The notes under the pieces: model-generated
Seen by the model: the letters and a program-made list of their open reading frames with translations, nothing else
What the model was told of the DNA's origin: nothing
The model's database searches: none
Shown: one piece after another, positions 56,839 through 64,000 of the stretch
Position numbering within the stretch: the first letter of the stretch is position 1
How the letters are laid out: each line of letters begins with the position of its first letter
Source: a virus
Reading direction: 5' to 3' (one strand)
DNA length: 64,000 nt
IMG/VR virus record: IMGVR_UViG_3300032286_000710
Span: 102,605-166,604 of that record
Position numbers and translations under genes: made by a program

Positions 56839-57102
56839 ATGGCAAAGGTTAGTAAGACGATTGAAGAAACTCCAGTGAAGAAGGTTAATAGTGGATTTAC
56901 GCCGTGTAATGTTATTTTTGATTATGTAGAAAAGCCCGCTGATTATATATTCTCAAGGTGCTTTAATGTATTTGATGATAAGTGGCGGGTCAACATATAT
57001 AGTAAGCGTTATGTTAATGATATTCAAGGTCAGTATATCAGTCATAGCTATTTTGTCAAGTTTAATTGTGATGACAATAAATTGGTATTTGTATCACCTT
57101 AA
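56839..57102 (+). CDS. Hypothetical protein
   Basis: 87 aa; AGGAGG RBS. Confidence 0.7.
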   Translation: MAKVSKTIEETPVKKVNSGFTPCNVIFDYVEKPADYIFSRCFNVFDDKWRVNIYSKRYVNDIQGQYISHSYFVKFNCDDNKLVFVSP

Positions 57103-57106
57103 TTAA

Positions 57107-57276
57107 TAAGATCGCCAAAGTAGCTATAGTCAGTGAAACTTTACTTTTGTATCTATAAATATACTGTTGGTATATTCTTAGAAACATTTTTAAAGTTGAC
57201 AACCCGTTATAGACGATGTATACTGGACTGTATCACTCAATTCTTTAAGATCGCCAAGGTAGCTATAGTCAGTGAA
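57107..57276 (+). repeat. 31-bp direct repeat flanking a promoter
   Basis: TAAGATCGCCAA(A/G)GTAGCTATAGTCAGTGAA at 57107-57137 and 57246-57276. Confidence 0.8.
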
Positions 57277-57286
57277 GGAGACAAAA

Positions 57287-57724
57287 ATGAAAGTTAAGCG
57301 TGGACAGAAATTGTGTAAGAGTTGTAATGGTATTAATGGTGCTAGGTCACACTCCTGTAAGCATTGTAACACACCATTCAATATCGGGGCTACTTCTAAA
57401 AGTAAGAAGCCAACTAAGGTTAAAAAGGTAAAAAAGTTTGAAGAGATTGAGGATTGGAAGTCTCTTACTAATGGAGATAATATTAAGGTCATTGGACGAT
57501 CTGGTAATTACTATCTTGGTAGTAATGGGGAAAAACAATACATGACAGATGCTGGAGTATATACTGTTAAGAACAAAGACACTAATGGTTTAATAGTTTA
57601 TGCTAGAGATGGCGGATTCGGGTATATTTATATGGGACCAGAAATACAGTCTGACACTATCCCAAACATGTATCGCAGCCCACATAAGATAGTAAAGACT
57701 AATATTCTCGTTCGTGCAAAATAG
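57287..57724 (+). CDS. Zinc-ribbon protein
   Basis: RGQKLCKSC...CKHC; AAGGAG RBS. Confidence 0.65.
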   Translation: MKVKRGQKLCKSCNGINGARSHSCKHCNTPFNIGATSKSKKPTKVKKVKKFEEIEDWKSLTNGDNIKVIGRSGNYYLGSNGEKQYMTDAGVYTVKNKDTNGLIVYARDGGFGYIYMGPEIQSDTIPNMYRSPHKIVKTNILVRAK

Positions 57725-57812
57725 GTCAAATTCCTCTAATATTTATGTTTTAGCATCTTTATTTATAGATATAAGGGGCAAAACGCCCCAAATCTCAAGG
57801 GGATAAAATAAT

Positions 57813-58079
57813 ATGATTACAAAGAAAGAATTCTTCTTATACATGAGTGAACTGTATGAGGAACCATATACTGATAGTGACTCTTATAGAGCCTATAAGG
57901 AAATAGTAAATTGCACTGATAAGTCAAAATTAAAAGAATTAAGATCTCTTCCTAAAATGAAGACTAAGGAAAGACTATTATATAGGCACGCCCTTGCTGC
58001 TAATGGCAAGGAATTTACTCCTAGACAGCTAGACCAATACCTTAGTATGATAGAACTAGCACTGTCTAATATAGAGTAG
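57813..58079 (+). CDS. Hypothetical protein
   Basis: 88 aa ORF. Confidence 0.6.
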   Translation: MITKKEFFLYMSELYEEPYTDSDSYRAYKEIVNCTDKSKLKELRSLPKMKTKERLLYRHALAANGKEFTPRQLDQYLSMIELALSNIE

Positions 58080-58485
58080 TATATATACCATATACATACA
58101 TATATACCAATAGACCCATATAGCCCCCTAAAGGTTACTGTGGGTCTTACTCTTTATATACCTTCTACACTTACCCTAGTACCCATAGACTCTAGAAAAA
58201 TAGGCATATATGAATATTTATTATTTAAGTGAATTATCCACGTTCAAATCAAAATTATGGGTAGCAATATGTAGTGTGTTATTACTCTTATGTATATGGT
58301 TTGTAGTATGTATATTATGTATATGTTTTTATGGTGTTAAATGCATCTCTAGGTATATGCTCTAACATCCCAGAATTAGTCTCTTTTTGAGTGTATATTA
58401 CTTATGTAATGATGGAAAAGTACCCACAGAAAACCATCAAAAAAAATACTAAAAGGGATTAAAACCCACAATTGGGAGAAAAAAA

Positions 58486-58752
58486 ATGAGCGACATCAAA
58501 CAAGAAAGCGACATCAAACAAGAAGTGGATCAAGTAATACAACAATTAGAGAGTCAAGGTATTAGTCCTAATAGCCACGTAAGTGATAATGTAGTAGGTT
58601 TGGGCGATGTTGTTGAGGGGGCATTAAAATCAGTAGGAATTACTGAAGATCGATTTAAGGAATTTTTCAATTTACAAGAATGCAATTGTAGCAAAAGGAA
58701 AGCTTGGTTAAATAGTCTATTCAGTTGGCACAAAAATAACAACAAATCATAG
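58486..58752 (+). CDS. GLGD...CxC...R..WLN motif protein
   Basis: 88 aa; GTGTATA at 58391. Confidence 0.65.
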   Translation: MSDIKQESDIKQEVDQVIQQLESQGISPNSHVSDNVVGLGDVVEGALKSVGITEDRFKEFFNLQECNCSKRKAWLNSLFSWHKNNNKS

Positions 58753-58839
58753 TTTTTGGCTTAAGAAAAAACTCAAGGTTGACAAGTACGTTATCCGAAG
58801 TATAATAGGATAGCGGACACATACCTACGAGTAAATTAT

Positions 58840-59754
58840 ATGAAATTTGGCCTTTGTTGTATATCTCTAAAGTTACAAGAACTTGACCCTCCAGTTAAGT
58901 TCCAAACTATGACATTTAAAAGATTCTCTAGCCTACCTAGGGAAGAAGCGTTGTCCGTATTGGGAGATAGAATTCTTAACAATATGGAGACTACAAATGC
59001 CGTTATTGAATATTGCGGGCAATGCGATTATAGTTACAGGATTAGTAGTGATTTGTTTCCTCTTATCACATATGACGAGGCTGGCATTGAGTTAGACGAT
59101 CTGCCAAATTATGATGATATTCAAGACAGTTTTGACATTCTAGAAAATACTATTAAAAACACTGGGGTGCGTATATCATGCCATCCCAGTGAATTTAATG
59201 TTCTTGCTTCTATGAACCAACAAGCAGTAAACAAAACAATTACAGAACTTAATTTTTATTCATCTTTCATGGATCGTATAGGATGCCCAACAGACTACCG
59301 ATCACCCATGAATTTACACGTTAATAATAAGACGGGCGACTATGACTCTATTATATCTAGATTTACTAACAGTTTTAATCTTCTTGATCCCAATTGCCGT
59401 AGCAGGCTTGTCATCGAAAACGATGATAAAGTAAATTGCTGGAGTGTACGTGAACTTACCTCTATATTCCATTCTAAGACCAATATACCCATCACATTCG
59501 ACTATTTACACCATGCCTGCCATCCAGATGGTTTGTCAGAGGAAGAGGCTATAAACGCTTGCTATGCAACGTGGGGCGATTATAAACCCCTGTTCCACTA
59601 TAGTGAAAGCCGCCCCGGTAATAACCCAAGAGCACACGCTGATTACGCAAATAATTCTTTTAACACTTATGGATTAGATTTTGATCTTGACTTTGAACTC
59701 AAGATGAAGGATAATGCAATATCTCGTTACACTAATAATTTGATAGGTGCATAA
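58840..59754 (+). CDS. uvsE: UV DNA damage endonuclease
   Basis: YRISSDLFP, RISCHP, RLVIENDD, FDYLHH, HYSE, HADY and ELKMKD. Confidence 0.92.
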   Translation: MKFGLCCISLKLQELDPPVKFQTMTFKRFSSLPREEALSVLGDRILNNMETTNAVIEYCGQCDYSYRISSDLFPLITYDEAGIELDDLPNYDDIQDSFDILENTIKNTGVRISCHPSEFNVLASMNQQAVNKTITELNFYSSFMDRIGCPTDYRSPMNLHVNNKTGDYDSIISRFTNSFNLLDPNCRSRLVIENDDKVNCWSVRELTSIFHSKTNIPITFDYLHHACHPDGLSEEEAINACYATWGDYKPLFHYSESRPGNNPRAHADYANNSFNTYGLDFDLDFELKMKDNAISRYTNNLIGA

Positions 59755-60098
59755 TGGAAGACCCACTAGTTAGAATTAAACATTTAAAAAAGACAGCAAA
59801 ACATATTGGCAAAGATGTTGCCAGAAATAGAGAAATACCATTAGATCAACTTACTGGCTTTATAAAACCAAGTGAGATAGTATCTATTATAAAACAACAC
59901 GCCATTGAAAGAGATGGAGATTACTTACTAAATACTAAACTTTTACAAAAGATATTCACTGATGTAAATGATTGGGTTTTAGGTGTTCATCTATCTAAAA
60001 TGGCTTCTAAAGACTTAATTGACACTTATTGGGATACTGATTTAAATTGTATGACTTTTGCAGCAAAGGATAATAAAAATGGCAAGAAAACTATTTAA
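59754..60098 (+). CDS. Hypothetical protein
   Basis: 114 aa, translationally coupled to uvsE. Confidence 0.65.
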   Translation: MEDPLVRIKHLKKTAKHIGKDVARNREIPLDQLTGFIKPSEIVSIIKQHAIERDGDYLLNTKLLQKIFTDVNDWVLGVHLSKMASKDLIDTYWDTDLNCMTFAAKDNKNGKKTI

Positions 60099-60354
60099 GG
60101 CCCGCCAGCATGAATCTGGCACAATTGTAACAACCAAAACACCATATGGTAGCGATTCATCTATGATCGTTGACCCATCAAAATACAAAACAATTTCAAT
60201 TAATGCAGATGAAGTAGTCTGCAAGGATGATCGTGGATTTTACGTAACAAAAAAGAATCGTATAGACAGTGGAATGGCCGACCCTAACCGTTATAGTAGT
60301 TATAAATCTAGGGTGAGCCTTGAAGAACCAGTAGAAGAAACTTCAAGTACTTGA
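60079..60354 (+). CDS. Hypothetical protein
   Basis: MARKLF...; AAGGA RBS. Confidence 0.6.
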   Translation: MARKLFKARQHESGTIVTTKTPYGSDSSMIVDPSKYKTISINADEVVCKDDRGFYVTKKNRIDSGMADPNRYSSYKSRVSLEEPVEETSST

Positions 60355-60400
60355 CACAAGGAAGACGATACTGTATAATACGTTCAATCGCAAAGGAGTT

Positions 60401-60574
60401 ATGATGACTTGGCGAGAACTGATGAAATTTATAGCAGATCAAGATACAGAAACATTAGATGAAGACGTTAGAATATATGATTACGAAGATGGAAAAGAAC
60501 ACGAAGCAGAAATAACGGAATTACTGCAAGACGGTTGGACTCCATATTTAGCAATCAACAACATAGAGGAATAA
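60401..60574 (+). CDS. Small acidic protein (MTW paralog 1)
   Basis: AAGGAG RBS; promoter at 60351. Confidence 0.65.
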   Translation: MMTWRELMKFIADQDTETLDEDVRIYDYEDGKEHEAEITELLQDGWTPYLAINNIEE

Positions 60575-60578
60575 AACA

Positions 60579-60758
60579 ATGACTTGGGGCGAAATAAAAG
60601 AGTATATTGACAAACACCCTAACATACACGGCGATGTTGCGTATGTTTATGATTTTACTAATGGATCAGAATATGAGGCGGGTATTGATGAATTCAAGGT
60701 TAATGATAAGGAATGGTTTCCTAGTATAACTATTAATGAGTCATCTTTGGAGGAATAA
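60579..60758 (+). CDS. Small acidic protein (MTW paralog 2)
   Basis: MTWGEIKEYI... aligns by eye with the preceding ORF. Confidence 0.65.
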   Translation: MTWGEIKEYIDKHPNIHGDVAYVYDFTNGSEYEAGIDEFKVNDKEWFPSITINESSLEE

Positions 60759-60759
60759 T

Positions 60760-61092
60760 ATGAAGATTGCAAACAAGAAAAGGAAGCAAGTATCTGTAGA
60801 ATTTCTTGAACATATCAAGAATACAGTTAATGATATGCTTTCAACCAGAATTCCTCAGTCAACTAAACAGAAGCTTTGTATACTAATAGAAAAGATGCTT
60901 ATGGAAACTAAAAGTTATGAGGGTTTCAAATATCTTTATTGGAGTAGATTTGGTTGCCTTGATTGGGAAGAGGCAAAACAAAAGGGAGTTTACAAGCATG
61001 TTCCACAGGAATATATTCTTGGGCCAGATGCTACTGACAATCCTGACTTTATTAGTGATATACAGGGCGAATATTCTAGACGTTATACATGA
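60760..61092 (+). CDS. Hypothetical protein
   Basis: MKIANK...; GGAGG RBS. Confidence 0.65.
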   Translation: MKIANKKRKQVSVEFLEHIKNTVNDMLSTRIPQSTKQKLCILIEKMLMETKSYEGFKYLYWSRFGCLDWEEAKQKGVYKHVPQEYILGPDATDNPDFISDIQGEYSRRYT

Positions 61093-61295
61093 TCAAGTTA
61101 GGTTCATTAATAATCATTTGTTCCACAATACCGACTGTTGATTACAGTCCACCAATTAAATATGTGCTTGACAATGATTATTCTGAAACCATTAGAATGT
61201 ATTACCCACAATTGATTAAAGAAGATGATTTGACAGATTTACTTTATAAAACTTTAATAAAAGAAATAGAAAGAGGACAACATGGACCGCTTTGA
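61089..61295 (+). CDS. Hypothetical protein
   Basis: 68 aa; ATGA coupling. Confidence 0.45.
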   Translation: MIKLGSLIIICSTIPTVDYSPPIKYVLDNDYSETIRMYYPQLIKEDDLTDLLYKTLIKEIERGQHGPL

Positions 61296-61620
61296 ACTTG
61301 AAGATAAGATAACTGCAATGAATAATATTGTTGAGGAAATAAACCTTCTAGCGAAAATGGTATTGGAACATGATCTAGATAAGGATGATATTGCTAGCAC
61401 ACTATTTGGTATTAGAATTCTACACGAAGGACGGCAGGCAGAATTGTTTGATACTTTTACGCAAGTTTTTAAGCTTGATGAATATGCTGAAATTGACACA
61501 GAGACATTCAATAATGCGTGGTCTACCTATTCATCTAATGCAGAGAATACCAATCCTTCAGTTGATCTAGACTTTAATGGTGTACGAAGCTGTTGTCGCA
61601 AAAATTACGGTAATGACTGA
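61282..61620 (+). CDS. Hypothetical protein
   Basis: MDRFELEDKI...; GAGGA RBS. Confidence 0.65.
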   Translation: MDRFELEDKITAMNNIVEEINLLAKMVLEHDLDKDDIASTLFGIRILHEGRQAELFDTFTQVFKLDEYAEIDTETFNNAWSTYSSNAENTNPSVDLDFNGVRSCCRKNYGND

Positions 61621-61738
61621 TTCTGACGATTGTGAACAAAGTTTGCCAATATTGGATTTGCAGATAAATACTGACTGTCCAATATTTGGTGAACTATATT
61701 TAGATCTTTTTCCCGAATGGTATGATGTGGAGTAAAAT

Positions 61739-62167
61739 ATGGACCAAGTATTACAAGATGAACTATTTGAAAAATACCCAGAATTCTTTTCTAACAAAGA
61801 TCTTGGGCCACGAAATAGTTGCATGGCTTTTGGTATAACGTGCGGAAATGGATGGTATGATCTTATAAATTCAATTTGCCAGATAGTAGCAAGTCTTAAT
61901 AAGAATATCAAAGATAGAAATAGAATTATTGCTGGGAACAATGAAGAAATTATTGATTTCAAATTTGATCAGATTAAAGAAAAGTTTGGCGGACTTAGGG
62001 CTTATTATTCTGGTGGAAATGATTACATTCGTGGTTTGGTTAGTATGGCTGAAACGATGAGTTATAAAACTTGTGAAGTGTGCGGCAATAAAGGAAAACC
62101 AAATAAGGGCGGCTGGATCAGTACACTTTGTGATTCATGTAGGAGTAAAAATGAACAAGGACTCTAA
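61739..62167 (+). CDS. Conserved phage protein (QIKEKFGGLR family)
   Basis: CGNGW...QIKEKFGGLRAY...TCEVCG...WISTLC. Confidence 0.8.
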   Translation: MDQVLQDELFEKYPEFFSNKDLGPRNSCMAFGITCGNGWYDLINSICQIVASLNKNIKDRNRIIAGNNEEIIDFKFDQIKEKFGGLRAYYSGGNDYIRGLVSMAETMSYKTCEVCGNKGKPNKGGWISTLCDSCRSKNEQGL

Positions 62168-62321
62168 TCCAATAGACTATTTGATTGAATGTTGCGAGAA
62201 GTCTATTAGTACAGGATACTGGACTATAACTAATTTCAATATTTTAAATGCTAAAGATGAACTAAAAAGATTAAGATCTAATGAAGAAGAACTAAAGAAG
62301 TGTCTTGACAAGAACCGATAA
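62151..62321 (+). CDS. Small hypothetical protein
   Basis: MNKDSNPIDYL...; AGGAG RBS. Confidence 0.5.
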   Translation: MNKDSNPIDYLIECCEKSISTGYWTITNFNILNAKDELKRLRSNEEELKKCLDKNR

Positions 62322-62342
62322 TAGTGGTATGATGATAGATAC

Positions 62343-62425
62343 GCCGCTGTGGTGGAATTGGCATACACATGGGACTTAAAATCCCACGCCCTTTAGGCTT
62401 GCGAGTTCAAGTCTCGCCAGCGGTA
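62343..62425 (+). tRNA. trnL: tRNA-Leu(TAA)
   Basis: Class II cloverleaf; loop CT-TAA-AA. Confidence 0.92.
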
Positions 62426-62437
62426 TTAAAAATTTTT

Positions 62438-62511
62438 GCCCCAATAGCTCAATTGCATAGAGCAACGCACTTCTAATGCGTAGGTTACAGGTTGGAGTCC
62501 TGTTTGGGGTA
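62438..62511 (+). tRNA. trnR: tRNA-Arg(TCT)
   Basis: Cloverleaf; loop CT-TCT-AA; variant D- and T-loops. Confidence 0.85.
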
Positions 62512-62569
62512 CTTTTACTTTTGGTGTATAATTGGATAGATAAATGTTCTCTATCCAAAGGAATTAAAA

Positions 62570-62941
62570 ATGAAATGTGTCAAATGTAATGAAGAAAAAT
62601 CTAAAAATAATTTCTATATTGTAAAGAGTGGCCCAAGAAAGGGTAAAATTCAATCATATTGTAAATCTTGCAATAGTAAACATGCCGCAGAAAGATTAAG
62701 AAAATTTAAAGAAAAACTGGTAGAGTATAAAGGTAATAAATGTAAAATTTGTGGATATAATAAATGTATAGCAGCATTAGACTTACACCACAGAGATCCA
62801 AGTAAAAAAGATTTTACATTATCACAAATAAAAATGACATCATTTGAAAAAAATAAAGAATTAATCTGTAAAGAACTAGACAAATGCGATTTACTTTGTT
62901 CTAATTGCCATAGAGAAATTCATTTTTTGGAGAATAACTAA
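62570..62941 (+). CDS. HNH endonuclease (paralog of 53663..54097)
   Basis: LDLHHRDPSKKDF...ELDKCDLLCSNCHR; GTGTATA at 62524-62530. Confidence 0.85.
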   Translation: MKCVKCNEEKSKNNFYIVKSGPRKGKIQSYCKSCNSKHAAERLRKFKEKLVEYKGNKCKICGYNKCIAALDLHHRDPSKKDFTLSQIKMTSFEKNKELICKELDKCDLLCSNCHREIHFLENN

Positions 62942-63105
62942 TGAGTAAATCCGTAATAACATACTTGAAAAAAGTTCTAAAAGAACGTAAGGAATATGAC
63001 AAACATCTAGATCTTAAAGGTCCGCTAATGTATAATGCAGATTTGATGATCGCTCTTGAGTTTGTTATTAAGCATTTAAAACGAGAGGAATCAAAACATG
63101 AATAA
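62941..63105 (+). CDS. Small hypothetical protein (54 aa)
   Basis: MSKSVITYLKKVL...; TAATG coupling. Confidence 0.5.
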   Translation: MSKSVITYLKKVLKERKEYDKHLDLKGPLMYNADLMIALEFVIKHLKREESKHE

Positions 63106-63134
63106 TAATATGCGGCCTCTGTTTGTTAAGAGAA

Positions 63135-63677
63135 TCAATATAACTCTCTTTCTGGTCTAGTTTTGATTCCACTTAAACAATATATTGACTGTTCTAAGCA
63201 ATACCAAAACATAAAGTAATTCAACACTGGATTAACAATCATAGTAATAATACAGTAATTTGTATCATACGGTCTTTTGTGGTGTAGCGAATGAGTCTTT
63301 TTGTCTTGTAGAATTCCACAGTTTTGTAACAGCCGAATCAAACGGTTCGTTTTAGTATGCTCCCAACAATGTATTTCATTACTTTGAGAAACAAACAAAA
63401 ACACTAAAGATAAGAAGTATAAACCGTAGTAATAGAAACAAGCAGACAATGTTAATGAAGGAATTAGAGTAGTCCAGTTTCGGGCAAGATAACTACCCTC
63501 ACAAAACATTCTAGGATGTTTGTGGTGATTGATATTAGGCTCAACAATATACTTACCAATTATGGGCCAGTTTGGATTACCATACCTATCTTCCCACCAA
63601 TGAAATATACCAGAAATCAAATCTGCCAATAGTATAGCAAATATTACCCATAAAATGTATACCATATGTTCCTCCAT
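63135..63677 (-). CDS. TMEM189/CarF/FAD4-family lipid desaturase-like membrane protein
   Basis: DLISGIFHWWED, NHHKHP, NEIHCWEH and HSLHH...TNYC His boxes; GTGTATA at 63687-63693. Confidence 0.8.
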   Translation of the reverse strand: MEEHMVYILWVIFAILLADLISGIFHWWEDRYGNPNWPIIGKYIVEPNINHHKHPRMFCEGSYLARNWTTLIPSLTLSACFYYYGLYFLSLVFLFVSQSNEIHCWEHTKTNRLIRLLQNCGILQDKKTHSLHHKRPYDTNYCIITMIVNPVLNYFMFWYCLEQSIYCLSGIKTRPERELY

Positions 63678-63769
63678 ATATTAGGATATACACTTTTCTT
63701 AAAGATGCATCTTGACAAGTTACGATACTGCTGTATACTTGATTAAAACCCCCTACTTAGAGGAAAATA

Positions 63770-64000
63770 ATGAGTAAAAATAAAGCTCCTAAAATTTCTG
63801 TCAATGTTCCAAGTCATTTTGAATTTCAAACATATGATTATTATAAATTTGATTTTATACAATATGTACTTAAATCCATATTAGGACTAAAGTATAATTT
63901 CAAAGAAATTAGATGTAATGGAATGTATCACGTCATATTTTGGATCGGAAAGAAACCAACTGAATTCATAAAGAAAAAAATTGACGCTCTGGAGAAAAAT
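63770..64000 (+). CDS. Hypothetical protein, truncated by the window edge
   Basis: MSKNKAPKISVNV...; GAGGA RBS; promoter at 63711. Confidence 0.55.
   Translation, partial: MSKNKAPKISVNVPSHFEFQTYDYYKFDFIQYVLKSILGLKYNFKEIRCNGMYHVIFWIGKKPTEFIKKKIDALEKN

Noticed and set aside
1-64000. Stop-codon reassignment
   Set aside because: Long conserved genes are intact in the standard code, TAG/TGA/TAA all end genes at sensible places, and no suppressor tRNA was seen.

Overview
The window is a 64 kb segment of a large tailed dsDNA phage (Caudoviricetes) that uses the standard genetic code. It has two divergent halves. Bases 1-39.3 kb (minus strand) form a late/virion module: tail tube and neck genes, many fibre/spike/adhesin genes (including Thr/Ser mucin-like Cys-rich proteins and a BspA/DUF285 repeat protein), major capsid, decoration protein, protease-scaffold, portal, terminase, ClpP-like protease, ERCC4 and HNH nucleases, gmd, a GT32 glycosyltransferase and a phage sigma factor. 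These units are preceded by a shared GTGTATA motif. Bases 39.5-64 kb (mostly plus strand) form an early/host-takeover region of small genes behind near-consensus sigma70 promoters. It carries 9 tRNA genes (tRNA-Gln is split by a group I intron), three tRNA-adjacent HNH genes, a bL12-like protein, a kinase-like protein, DUF932, UvsE and a TMEM189/CarF-like desaturase. The most unusual signals are non-coding. (1) A dispersed element of rigid geometry: two 25-bp 9-7-9 palindromes exactly 28 bp apart, found as 7 full and 3 half copies between transcription units. (2) About 10 sigma54 (-24/-12) consensus sites, some at fixed distances from those elements and two with a duplicated triple enhancer-like box. 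(3) A promoter-driven cluster of four structured RNAs at 50.7-51.3 kb, including two tRNA mimics and two pseudoknots. All calls come from reading the sequence by eye; no database searches were run.
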